Source: Girardia tigrina
Lineage: Eukaryota
Direction of reading: 5' to 3'
NCBI GenBank assembly: GCA_001938485.1
Contig: MQRK01212633.1
Location: 1-61,787, forward strand
Length of the DNA stretch: 61,787 bases
Shown here piece by piece: positions 11,961 through 24,694 of this stretch. Position numbers and translations under genes: made by a program. Under the pieces are notes generated by a model. The model ran no database searches. It was not told where the DNA came from and saw only the letters and a program-made list of their open reading frames with translations. Each line of letters opens with the position of its first letter. The first letter of the stretch is position 1.

Positions 11961-13992
11961 AAAATGCATTATGACGGACGTTTTTTTGACTTTTATAGTG
12001 AACCACCTTTTAATCTTGATTCATTTTCCCTTGATTTTTGTGTTTAAATGAAAATAATAATAATAAAATTCAGAAAATCTTTACCAGATCTAACTAGATT
12101 TTTTGATTTAATTGATAATTATCTTTATAAAATATACTTACTTAAATAAAAATTATAATCGTTTTATATGAAATATAAACCAGCCTCACTTTGTACCAAC
12201 CTAAAATAATTTAATCGAATTTAATTCATTTAGAGAAAAAAATAAACATCGAAGTTCCTGAAACAATCCAAACTAGATCGTATGAGAAAGAGGCAACGAT
12301 GCATTTAGTTAGGAAAACTCATTCATTATCCTTATGAAGACAACCGAAACATTTAGAATATCATTATTATTAATAAGTTATAAATTTTATGACATTAACA
12401 TTATATATTTGACTTATTGAAAAACTACTATGTGAGTCTATTGGCGTCTCTAGGGGGGTCTTTCCAACCGTAAATATTTTGGTGAGAAAAGTGATTGGAA
12501 AGTTATCCAAAAATATGTATCAAAACAATGAGAAACATATTATTAAAAGTTGTAACATTTTTCTGATAAAAATTAAAAATGAAATTAGTTAATTTTTATT
12601 ATAAAAATAACTATGAATATTTAAATAAAAATTATTAACATTATTATTTCATTACTTACAAAGAATTTCGAATAAAATATAAATCGAAATGAAAATATAA
12701 ATACAAATAATAATTACTGGTACTAAGACCATAAACCACATTTGTTTTTTGTCTGTCCGTCTGTCTGTACGAAAACAGAAATCTGATAACTTTTTCATTT
12801 AAAACGGTAAATATATAAATTAAATATGAATAAAAAATTGTATAGTGGGTATCAAGTATTAACTTGTGACTGTGGTATATTCGATCTGGTAAATAAATTT
12901 GAGAGCTATCTAAAAAGAAAGACATTAAATTAAATGAAGATCAAATTAACACAGCAAAAAAGAAAATATAATTTGATCACAAAAACGTGATTTAGGTTTT
13001 ATCTTTTTTTCAGTGGTAGTTCGAGCCGCTATTTACACCTTTTAGCATTTTTAATATTGCATTTACCCATTTAAATAGAGTATATGTTGTCATATGCTCG
13101 AATAAAATAAAACGTAGTACATTTTTTTGGGTTTTATTCACTTGGATATTATTCTTAATAACAATATTTTTACGGTTAATAAAAACTTATAAAATAGCAG
13201 AAAATATATTATTTTTTAAATTAAAAAAACCAATTTTCAATTAATAAGGGGAATCGAATGTTTAAAAAAATACTTTAATGTAAATAATATTATAATTCTG
13301 TTTTGTTTTTTAAGAGTTTCGGTGTATTTTTCTTTAAATAAATAGAAGAATAAAATTTGTCTTTACTTCCCCTAAAAAGATTTTGGAAAATATTTTGTTT
13401 CTCATGAAAAAAATTTGAAAAACAATTTTAAAATAATATAATAAAATTCATTTTTAAGAATAAAATTTTGAAAAAAATTTATTTTTTTCATAAATTATTT
13501 TTAAAATAATTTCAAAGAAAACAATTTACAGAAAGTATTTTTCAAGTTGAGGAGTGTATGAAAGAGTGTCTGAAGTGACCAAAAATTATATTAAAATTGA
13601 TAAATATAAGAATATATTAAAATCGTATATATTTAAATTATAACAAAAAGTTAAGGTGCTAAATCTAACTCAACACTCAGTCTAGAAGAAAAAATTCAAT
13701 TTAGCAATCAATGGTGGTATTCTAAAACCATTGATGTATATAGTTGTTAGGGGTTGTTGGTGAACCTTAAATTTTTGAATATTTAAAATGTTAACTCATA
13801 TTTAATGTTAAAATTAATTCAAATAATTTTTACATAAGTTTTTAGAAAATCAATTTGAAAAGTGAAATTCTAATTAAAATGAATTTTTTATAATTGAATT
13901 TCAAAATAGGAAAAAACGGAAATTAATATTTTTATGAAATTAATTTTACACGGAAATTTATATTAAAAATATTTTTTAATTAATGTTATAAA

Positions 13993-14261
13993 TAGGGAAC
14001 GAATTTTATGATCTTAAAAATCAAAAAATGACTCTATTTTATTTCCTCTCTTTCCGTGTGAGATATTATTTTGTTCTTCCGTTCTGCCAATAGAGTCGCC
14101 ACCGTCACCAATCTGCCGCAGTCACACCACTGCGCCACCCACTCTGGTATCAATGATGATGATTATTAATAATAATAATAATAATAATATCTCACCCTGA
14201 AAGAGAGGAAATAAAATAAAGTCATTTTTTTACTTTTAAGGTCATTAAATTCCGTGCTCTA
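13993..14261. mobile_element. hAT-like MITE with about 75-bp imperfect TIRs
   Basis: 13993-14070 is the inverse of 14183-14261; ends TAG...CTA; flanks GTTATAAA / GGTATAAA (8-bp TSD, 7/8 match). Confidence 0.75.
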
Positions 14262-14655
14262 GGTATAAAAATCAAAATGGAAATAAATATTTTTATGAAA
14301 TTAATTTTACATTAGAATCCCATTAAAAATATTTTATAATAAAGGTTTATAAATCATATTTAGTTTTAATAAAAATTAAAAAAAAATAAAATGTAATTTA
14401 TACAAAACTAACCAAAATAAAAATTACTTATATCGATAATTATATTTATATTTGGAATTTTAAAATCTGGTTTTTGCCAACTGAAAAGATTATTCCTCAT
14501 AAATTTGATTGTAAAATGGAAGTTGTAGTAGAAATAAAATTTAGTCGTGAATCTTGATTTTAATCTCAAAGCCACTAATAATAATAAAATAATAATCATG
14601 ACATTTATGGAGAATAGGACAATTTGTTTTACTGTGTTTTTCTAGTTGTTTTAAC

Positions 14656-14992
14656 TGTGAGGGATATTGGAATGATGTTTGAATGATGTTGAGTGATTGT
14701 TGAATGAGTTTTATAATATGTTTAAAACTGTTTGGTGTTTGAAGCATGACATCTCTCCCTAGACAATTGAAGTCAATTATTGTCGAATTTAAAAATTTAA
14801 ATTACTAATTGTATAATAAATTAATTGTTATTTAACAATTAATTAAAAATACAATCGTTTTAATCATTGCAGATTTTGGCAAATTTTTGAAAAATCAATT
14901 GAAGAAACAAGTCATGCCCCAGACGCTGATTACAGACCATTTTAGTCGTAATAAATCTTGTAATAAGATTTCGGCTGTTAATATCCTTAATA
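14656..14992 (+). mobile_element. Solo LTR (337 bp, TG...TA)
   Basis: TGTGAGGGATAT...ATATCCTTAATA with perfect TSD TTAAC (14651-55 / 14993-97). Confidence 0.8.
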
Positions 14993-15070
14993 TTAACGAA
15001 ATGTGATTGTAAAATTTAAATAAATTTGTAAAAACACGATTTTAAAAACATTCTCGGAGTATCATAAAAT

Positions 15071-15075
<5 letters not shown>

Positions 15076-15124
<49 letters not shown>

Positions 15125-15223
15125 TATAAATATGTAATTTGCCAATNNNNNNNNNNNNNNNNNNNNNNNNNNNNNNNNNNNNNNNNNNNNNNNNNNATAT
15201 ATATATATATATATATATATATT
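15076..15223. repeat. (AT)n microsatellites flanking an assembly gap
   Basis: Directly visible. Confidence 0.95.
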
Positions 15224-18200
15224 ATTTTCAGACATTATTATTGTCTGTTAATTATTTAATCTCTTTTAAATCCACAGAGGATTAAAGTACCCCAATGGGT
15301 AAAGTAAAATTTTAATTTCAAAGACGAATAATCGATAGTATATAGTAGTTATAGGTATTGTTATCACTTACCGAATTATTCACTGCTTTAAAAAAATTAT
15401 TAAATTATCTCATATTCTGGAAATCATACAATTTTGATTCTAACTAAATCATAGTCAAAAGAGATCAACAGAACACTTTATAATCCTCCAAAATTCTATA
15501 AGAAAAGACTTTATTGTTCCATATGTACTGAATTCTTGATATACATTGTTGAATTTCCACTGACCAAAGATATAATTGGTGATCATACTTCAATTACATT
15601 ACTGAATATATTAATCAAAACAATTCGATCCTAAATAAACATTCATTTCATTTCTACAATTAATAAAGTAATACTTTATCTATTTTTCCCTGTCCGAATC
15701 TTTTAGAAATAAACTGAAATAGCTTTTACATTTTACGTAGTGAAGCTTTAGATATACATATTTAATTGCCATTTAGTTCCTATTATTTTTATAATACGTG
15801 AGATCTGGGGTTACTTTATACATGAAATATAAAATCCTTTAGCTCATTGTTATACATTGCATAAAATAAAAATATCAAAACAACATTTATTTCATTTTTC
15901 GTAATGTTAAAATAAGAATATTTAAAGTTTTTTGGACTATCTCGACTAATGGAACCTCCTACGTTGGTCAACAACCCTTGGTAATATTAAGAAGATTGTT
16001 AATTTTTATTTTCATGAGTAGTAATTTTTTATATTAAAGAATATTTGTTTGAACAAAACACATCATAATTATAAATGAAAAATTCTGATCACACTTTGAC
16101 TCAAACTAGTTTATGGCTTATAAAATAATTCTAAACAAAATAGGTTTAATTAATTCAAGAAGAGAACGAAGAGAATGGTGCAACGAAACTCATTTCCTGT
16201 GGATTACATGATAATTTATGTACCGAATTTTAAGTTTTATTAAAACTTGGAAAATTTTATTTTATTGGATTTTTCTTTTTGCCAAAAAAGCGAAATGTTT
16301 CTTCAACTTTGCTAAAAAAATTTTTTTACATTTATTAAATTATAAAAAATGAGAAAAAATAAACTTATTATTAGATTTTTAAAGTTTTTTTAAATTTATA
16401 ATGTTTTCTAAAATTGTCACAAAATGTAAACTTAAAAAATATGAATATTCAACTTATCAAACAAAATACCGTTTATTATCCTTATTATTCATCATTCCCT
16501 TTTTTATTTTCCAAAACTTAATTTATTAATTTATTCTTTGTAAAAATATTAGAATGTCCAAAAGTCATTTATTTTTTAAATAACAATTTTCTAAACAAAA
16601 TTTTATGAAAAGAACTAAAATTTCCATCAAAAGATCAAGCAATACATTATTTACGTTTCTCTAAACGATCAGATAGGTATTTTATTTTATAACGATTCCA
16701 AGTGGAAAATTAAGAGGCAAAACAACCCATGACGAATAGACTGGATGTCTTCCTCCTCTTTTGATTTTCCAAATAAATATCATTGTTAATTGTCGAAAAT
16801 TGAAATTTACTTTCTTTCGCGATTTTATTAACAAATCCAAAATCAAAAATGTTTTCATTAATAATATTTATTTTTTAATCCACCATTTACAAATTTAAAA
16901 TTCTGCTTTTTCTCTTCAATTTAATCTGGAAGATTTAAACAACAAACATTTATTATAAAATATACATAATACAAAAATACAATTAATAAATACACTGATA
17001 GAGTCGTAAACATATTCGAACATAATACCAAAGTTACACGAATTAAATCAACAACAATCATAATTTACAAATCATCCTTACAGTCATCAATCTCAAAAAG
17101 ATTAATTCATCGATCATATTTTGATTTTCGATTTAAAATTAAGTTTCAACTCAAAAAATTAAATTTTAACCTCAATTTTAACATTAACAAAATCTTCATT
17201 TAATTTCCAAATCCGGCACTGATTATGCCAAACTGGAACCTAATTGCTACATATTCTCTTAAAGTAATGGCCATGATTCTCTGCTACATAGCGTCCATAA
17301 TAAAGGTTGAGAATTATGGTTAGGGTTAATTTTAGGGTCACGGTTTGAAATGCAATGTTTTCAAATGATAAATGTAGTGACCTACCTAATTATATAAAGA
17401 TTATATTATATTAATAAATATATATTATATTAATTTGAAAAGTAAAAATTTAATAAAAAAGGATCTTAAATTTGATTCTGTTTTCTTGGATTTTATTCGG
17501 ATAGTTTTTATCAAATTTCCCGACATCATCCATAAATTAACGAAACTATCTCCTCAATTCATCGGAGTCATCCATCATCGCTTTCCTCCATCAACAGCTC
17601 ATCGAAATTCAACTTATAAAATATTATTTTTTTGTTCAACTAGAATGACTCAAATTGAATTTATCTCAAATCCAATTTTAAGTTCCAGCATCAAGGAAAT
17701 AGCTTCGCCAAAAGAAAATTTATCTCATTAGTCCCTTTACAAAACGTTAATCATCCAATCTATTACTGTAAAACCAGCCAATAACAAGACTAACTAATAT
17801 CCATTTTATCATTTCCTCAACACGTGATCTTGTCTATTTTTAATTCTTTCGTTTCGTTTATTCTTATTAAATATAAATAAATTATTTATTTCTATTTTTT
17901 ATTTATAAGAAGATTTAATGAATTTGATCATCAGTCAGATCCATCAACTTGATTACTTACACTAAAAGATAGAAATATAAAATTTGATGTCGAAACGCAT
18001 GAAAATAGGTACATTATTAAAATATTTTATAATATTTTTTCTGTGCAATACGGAAGCCTGGTCAGTGTCAAATGCTATTTTCTTATATCAATATACAAAA
18101 ATTATTGAAAACTTTTTTTTATATATTTTATATATTTTTATATATTTTATATAATAAACAGATAAGGATTATCTCAGTTAAAAAACGTAATATTTTTCTC

Positions 18201-19489
18201 TTTGCGAACAGTTTTTGTACCGAAACGTAGTTTATTCTTTGACATTGGTAATTAAAACAGGAATAATTGCGTCAGGAGAATCATAAACGATTTGTCTTAA
18301 GAAAACAAAAACTTTTATTTAAAATTATTTTTCATTTATATTTTGTTTTCGTTAAAATTATTTTCTTTCGTTCATAAATTATTTACTCAATTTCTATTTC
18401 AAGAAAACCAATTTTTCGTCATAAAATATTTTGCAATTGAATAATTGGTCAAAGAAAATGAATTTTTATTTCGATAATTAGGAATACGTATTCTCTTTTA
18501 GAAGAACGAGTTTGAGAGAACGAAATATAAATAAGATCTGAATGTAAATTTACCAAAATTAGAAATTTTTCTTTTACAATTCGTAAAATTCAATTCATTT
18601 ACGTTTGCGCTTCAACGATCTTTGATGCGTTACATTAGTTGTTTCGTGCAAACTGTTTGATACGTTTTTGCTAATTATAACTCATACTTTTAGGGGAAAA
18701 TATTTTTGAGATGAATTAAATTATAAATTACTTTAAACACTTACAACAATGTCATTACAAATGACAAAAATATCTTTTTTGGATCAATTGTATAAACAAA
18801 AATGTTAAATATAAATCGGTAAGATGTTAATTCTTTTTGTAAAAGAAAATATAATTTAATTATTAATAAATATTTAAAGTCAATTATTAATAGAAAGAAA
18901 TTAAAAAGAAACGATTGCAAAAGTTTCGAATTAAAATAAAACTTTTTTTAACCCTTTTTTTAATGCGTAGTGGATCCTATATGATCCAAAATAATTTTTC
19001 ATAATTTTTTTACCCTAACTGTTTACCATATATATACTAAAATGTTTTTTGGATATTCTACATGAAAAAATCATTTTTTTGAAAAAATAAAAAATACGTA
19101 TTTCTTTATTTCTCTTTTCCTGATTTATCTATTTTTTAATTAAAATAAAACAAATCATGTAGTAAAGGGCCACATTTATTAATGCAGGATATTTGAGCTA
19201 AATGTCACCATCTTCAGATAAAAAAATAATTAAACTTATAACATTAACTTATATTTTAAAATTGTGATTTCGTAATCAACTTTTGTAATACTCAATAAAA
19301 TTCGTTTAACAAAGAGGATGTTTCGGAATTTCAAGCTAAATCTATATTTATATTTTTGTTAGGTTTATTAATATTTATATCGTATATTATATCGTATAGG
19401 TTTATTATATGGTATTTTATTTATTGATTTTTTATACAAAAACAACATAAGAAAAATTATCAGAAAAGTAAAATAAATAGTTAGTTATG

Positions 19490-20330
19490 TTATTCTACAA
19501 AACAATTTCGTTTACTTGTGAAGCTCAAGTGGACATTGTATAGGACACATTTATTATGTATCCTATTTTCTATATGTCGTTTTGCGCAATTTACGCATCG
19601 CTTCAGTTTTTCTGATTTTTCCATGTTGTGCGCTGGCAAATTGTGTTTATTTCCAATGCAGAGCTTTTCAGAGGAGACTAAAGTGGGTCTTGATTGCTGT
19701 CTACATGTAATATTATTTATTAGACCTTCTGCCTTCATGTTGGAGATACTCGAGGCTGCTCAAAAGCGGACTTTCTACTCAATGTTTTTCGTGCAACTTT
19801 ACGTACAATAAATATGAGTTATTCATAGTGATATTTAAGATGTCAAAAAAGAGGCGTAGGTAATATTTGATTTTGTCTTTGCGATCAACCTTATAACATG
19901 CTTTGCGCTGGTCCATAAGGTCCACACCGTCCATATATATTTATTATGGCGCATTACTACTTCCGGACATGCAACATTCAATTTTTGAGCAGTTCCTATC
20001 AACCTCCTCTTTACTGTACAAGTTGACACCCAAATGTTTATTTGCAACATATCATGCCGATCAGATAATGTATTTATGCGCCCAAAATCCTACTCACTTT
20101 CATTGAATGTGTGAGAAGCGTATGAATTATTTTTCCAGTTGAGAATAGGAATAGTCTCTGAAGTATTTGAACAGGTGGGTAATGAGGTTTGACTTGTTGG
20201 TTCTTGAACAGAATCTTCAATTTCAACAACATCGGTTCCATTTTCTACATCTTGAGCTATGAACTGTAGGTCTTCTTCGTCTAACTGTAATATCTGCCAT
20301 AAATAACTGCAATATTTATTCATCTTATAT
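19490..20330 (-). pseudogene. piggyBac transposase relic, internally deleted and frameshifted
   Basis: Acidic N-terminus; CPEVVMRHNKY/MDGVDLMDQRKACYKVDRK..KYYLRLFFDI (third catalytic D region); Cys-rich domain RCVNCAKR...KCVLYNVHLSF...RNCF. Confidence 0.85.
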
Positions 20331-20920
20331 ATGAAATTCTCTGCACTCTCTTTTAAGTATTTCTGTAATAAATGTAGGTAAATTCTATAAAAATATAAGA
20401 AAACCATACATTATCACTAAGCACTTGTTGGGTGTGATATTATTAGTGCTGGATTTTATATGATTATTTTAATTTTATTAATTTAAATTTATTCGTTTCA
20501 TGGTATGCTTTAGCATCTGAGTTTATTTTGACCCAACATATTATTTAGATATGTCTCTCCGCTAAGTGTCTCTAACTCACACTTATTAGAGATCCATATC
20601 GTACCCCATCAACCTCACCTAGACCTTTTATCTCGCCAGTGAAGTTGATGAAGTACCTATTGGGCTCTACATGATATTTAAATATATTAGGTCTATGAAA
20701 GTTGACTTATGCTACTTCTGTTTAATTAATTGATTATCTTATTTTTACCTCAACATGTTTCTTTTGATTTGATTATTATATTTCTTATCATGATTTTATC
20801 ATTTTCATACGAGAGATTAAAGTTAAAAGAACATGAACAATTATATGTAGACATTGTTTAATTAAAATATAACAAGAAAACAAAAGAAAATGCTAATCAA
20901 AAGCAATCCACCCATCGTCC

Positions 20921-21700
20921 TTAGTCATCCAAATCTGATAGATTTACAAACTCTTCACCTTTACCAGTTGTAATAGAGCGGAACTGTAGGCGGTCACGAT
21001 TCTCCTTCTGAATTTTAAGTTTTGACTCGAGGTCCACACATTCCTGTTGTTCTATAGTCTCTTGGAAATTATTTATTGGGAAAAACAACAAAATTTGATT
21101 AGAGGTATCAAAATCAGAAGACTCTCTTTGACTGGAGTCATTTCTGATTACAGTCTTTCCATCTAGGACGTCAACCTCAATACGACTGGTTTTAAAAACA
21201 GCTTGCAGATCACTCTTGGCATGTTGAAACATTTGAGCTTTTCGATTCCTCTGCTCACGCCGCTTCTCGGATCTACTGAGCACTCCAGAGGAAGATGATG
21301 CCATATCCTCTTTCATAATTGACCCATAAATGTTTAGATTAGTCACCAGAGGTTTCTTTTCCATATTTGATCCAATCTTGCTTGCTGTTTCTAGAATTAT
21401 TTCCGGTTGTTCTTCTGAGACTTTTTCGATAACCTTCTTGTAATAGCTGGACATATTTTGCTGAATTCTCATCTCGGTGACCTCGTTTTGCAAGGACTTA
21501 ATTTTTTGTTGTCCTAACAAATGTTTGTCCACAACCGGTTTATGAATTGATAAAGGAACTGAATGTTTTCTGTAGTTCTCAAATTCGGTTGTCCTCTTCA
21601 TCAATTCATCATTTAGCTTGGCACAATCGTCTTTCGATTTCTGCAACTCCAGCAGCAGTTCTCTTTCTTGCTCTTGGCTTTCATTATTTTTTCTATTCAT
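20921..21700 (-). CDS. Intact 259-aa orphan protein, N-terminal coiled coil and basic patch
   Basis: ATG-to-TAA ORF without disablements in very AT-rich DNA; heptad-like E/K/L/Q-rich N-half; SRSEKRREQRNRK. No family recognised. Confidence 0.65.
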   Translation of the reverse strand: MNRKNNESQEQERELLLELQKSKDDCAKLNDELMKRTTEFENYRKHSVPLSIHKPVVDKHLLGQQKIKSLQNEVTEMRIQQNMSSYYKKVIEKVSEEQPEIILETASKIGSNMEKKPLVTNLNIYGSIMKEDMASSSSGVLSRSEKRREQRNRKAQMFQHAKSDLQAVFKTSRIEVDVLDGKTVIRNDSSQRESSDFDTSNQILLFFPINNFQETIEQQECVDLESKLKIQKENRDRLQFRSITTGKGEEFVNLSDLDD

Positions 21701-21826
21701 GATGAATAATGGCGATGAGTGGATTACAATAAAAAAAGAAACAACACAAAAAATAATTGAGGGAGGCTGAGAGAAACGAATTCTCTCCTAGAAATGAAAC
21801 TTGGTAAGGACTTACTCAAACTTCCA

Positions 21827-21990
21827 GATTGTCAATAGTCTCGGCAGGCACTATAAGCACCTGCCGTTAATCTATTAACAGATCGGCAGTCATCAAATTA
21901 CCTCAAAACCTGTTCATATTCCCTACCTGATTGTCAATAGTCTCGGCAGGAACTATAAGCCCCTACCCTTATCTATCGACAGATCGGCAG
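21827..21990. repeat. Two-copy tandem repeat (about 62-bp unit, period 102) with hairpin potential
   Basis: gattgtcaatagtctcggcagg.actataagc.cct.cc...atctat..acagatcggcag at 21827-21889 and 21929-21990. Confidence 0.9.
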
Positions 21991-22623
21991 CGTTGAGGAT
22001 GTTCCCCAACCTGTATCAACTTCAAAAAAATGAAATAAAATCCAAAAATTACCTAAGTACAAAACAAAGTTTTTTAAATAAAATTTATTCAAAGAAAAAG
22101 GTCTGATCAAGTGCACAAATTCGGATGAATTTATACCAATCTTTCGTCACAAAAACTCACAGAACCAGCAAACAGACAATTCTCACAGTCAACCTTCAAT
22201 CATCCTTTCCTCAGATAGAAACAACCCGGAGATGGCCAAAATTCCGATCAAACCAACGTCAAAAAATCAGGCCATCAAATTCTCACAAGAAAATATTCAA
22301 ATCGACAGGATCCAAGGGTCAAAACCAATTAAAAGTTTCTCTCTTTAATTAATTAATTATAAATTATCATTATAATATTTTATTTTTCGTTTTTTAGATT
22401 TAGGGAGTTTTTCCTTCGCCTGCCTCGGTGTCGGTGCAATGAATAGGCCCGAGGCTGACGTGAAGGAAACACTCACTGGTCCCAACACACTACTATAATA
22501 ATACTTCAAAGAATACACCAGGTATGGACCAGAGGGAAAAATATTTCCTTTAGATGATTTGAAATTTTTAGGTACTTGTTCTAATATTCTGCCGTTTACT
22601 GTATTATTATATAAAATTATACT

Positions 22624-23031
22624 TGTGAAGAATGTTTTTGAATGGTGTTTATTGTGTGTTGTTTGGTATGTTGTTTTAGGATTGTGTTACTCCCACCCAG
22701 ATGGAAGATTTATATTTTAAATATTTTAAAACGTCGGGTTGTTTAATCAATTATTAAAATTTAAATAATCACTTTAAAATTAAACTAATATTTCATAAAT
22801 AATATTTTAATAATATTTTCTTAAAATAAATAAAAATTATTTCAAATTTAAAGTATAAATTATATTTTAATAATTAAATTTGTTTGAATAATAAGACGTT
22901 AAAGAATATTATTAAAGATTATCAATCAAGAACGATGACGAGCTACGCAAGTTTTACGGAGAATTGTTCTAGTGGCAATTCGAATTGTGATATAAATAGA
23001 TGTAAAGAAAACTCAATTAATGTTCTTAATA
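22624..23031 (+). mobile_element. Solo LTR (408 bp, TG...TA)
   Basis: TGTGAAGAA...TTCTTAATA with perfect TSD ATACT (22619-23 / 23032-36). Confidence 0.9.
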
Positions 23032-24694
23032 ATACTTACCAAATAATATAAAACATGTGAACATTTTATTTTCTCAAGTCCAAAATACCGTCAAGATTTT
23101 ATAAATTCAGCCAGCGAATGTTTTGGTTTTGGCACAATAAAATTTAACAGTTATTTTTTATTCGTTTAGAAACACATTTGTCGCCTTGGACATATGGTTT
23201 ATTTTGACATTCACTAAAAAAAATATCGATTCGATAATAATTGAACAATCGATAATGATTTTTATAGAAGGGAAAATTATTTCCCTTGAGCATTTAAAGG
23301 GTTAATAAAGATTTCAGTTTATGATCGAAATTTAATTTAATCGAAATGCAAAAATCGACAATCACAAAGAAGGAATCATAACTTCAGATTATAACTACTA
23401 TTGTTTAGTACTTGTAATGGAACATCATCTTCTTGAAACAATACTATTTTAATGAAGGATGGATCTGAAATAACCTTTGTGAATTAATGATTTTCTTTGA
23501 TGGAACAAGTTTATAAAAAATGCGCTGTCCAAATATTAAGGGGTCTCTTAGAAATTTTTATAAATTATACAAAACAATGATATACTTCAATTAAAAAAAA
23601 TTAAAATATTAAAAAGCGCAATAAAAAAGACAAGATTTAAAATCATATAATGTTTGAAATTAATAACAATAGGAAGAAAAGCAAATTGTAAGAAAAGGAA
23701 AGAGAAAATTCAAAGGAAAATATTTCTTTTTTTTTCTTTTATATTTTTATTTCACAAATTTCTTTTTTCGAAGAATCGAAGAATTTATTGGAAGATATTT
23801 TTTTCAAAAACAGTATGATGATTTAATGGCGGCAATTATTATAAATTCTTCATCGAATTTCTTTATTATAAAGACAAAAGAATACATTACATTCATATTG
23901 ATTTGTATTTTCTCTTATATTATTTTAACCTTTTCCTTTGAGCTGTAAATACTTTTAATATTTAAGAAATATTTAAAATATAAAATAATTAATAAAATAA
24001 AATTTCTCAAAGAAATAAATTTATTACAAAACATTTTGCAGTTTTACAAACGATTTTTTACACTAAGATTTTTTAATTTAAATTATTATTATTTACATAT
24101 TTTCAATTTAATTTATTGATATTTTTATTGATTATTTTTTTTTAATATTTTTTTATTCTTTTAATTGTACTTAACATAAATAAATAATTTGAAATTCATG
24201 ATTTTTTCGGAAAAAAAGTTTTTACCTAACTTGTATTTTTTAAGTTACTGGAACACTGTGTAAAAAAAAGCAACGTAGTTTCCTCTAAAATAATGTGGAA
24301 ATTTATACATCTTTGTATGAAGCAAGAGAACGATGTCTAAATTTTGAAACTTTTTTTATACCAACGGTGCGTTCTGATGTTTTGGTGGCGGCTCTTTCTA
24401 AAACTGTGTAGCAGAATTGGCAAAGCTTTGGACTGTTTATCCCATGATATGAGACATGATCTTGGTTTAGATTGATGTGAGAAAACATGAGTTTCGTTTT
24501 AATATACTTTTTAAATAGTCAGATTAATAATCATTCAATTTTGTATGAGAGGAACCCCAGATGTGTATCAATCCTAAATAAGGTTGATCAAAAGGTTTAT
24601 GACACAAATCTTCCATCCAAGAGATTTACACTAAATACCTAAGTCTGAATCTTGCTTAAAGTAAGTGATGACTTGTTCCATCAAAACTTCGTAT

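Larger units (their letters stand above)
20426..22487. mobile_element. 2062-bp TGT...ACA element with 4-bp TSD (long solo LTR or Ginger-like non-autonomous element)
   Basis: CACT|TGTTGGG ... CCCAACA|CACT (TSD 20422-25 / 22488-91). Confidence 0.75.
18952..23301 (-). mobile_element. Candidate piggyBac element containing two nested insertions
   Basis: TTAA|CCCTTT(T)nAATGC at the left end and GCATTTAAAGGG|TTAA at the right end; piggyBac transposase relic inside. The subterminal sequences differ, so the pairing of the ends is tentative. Confidence 0.5.

Noticed and set aside
17962-18002. Hammerhead-like CTAAAAGA...GTCGAAACGCAT
   Set aside because: Core and stem II too degenerate; no PLE stub nearby.
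21827-21990. Twister or pistol ribozyme reading of the tandem module (AAGCCC loop)
   Set aside because: The UAA cleavage motif and both pseudoknots could not be placed.
24303-24430. piggyBac Cys-rich-domain-like peptide (CQFCY...KKVSKF)
   Set aside because: Only two cysteines remain; too weak to call.
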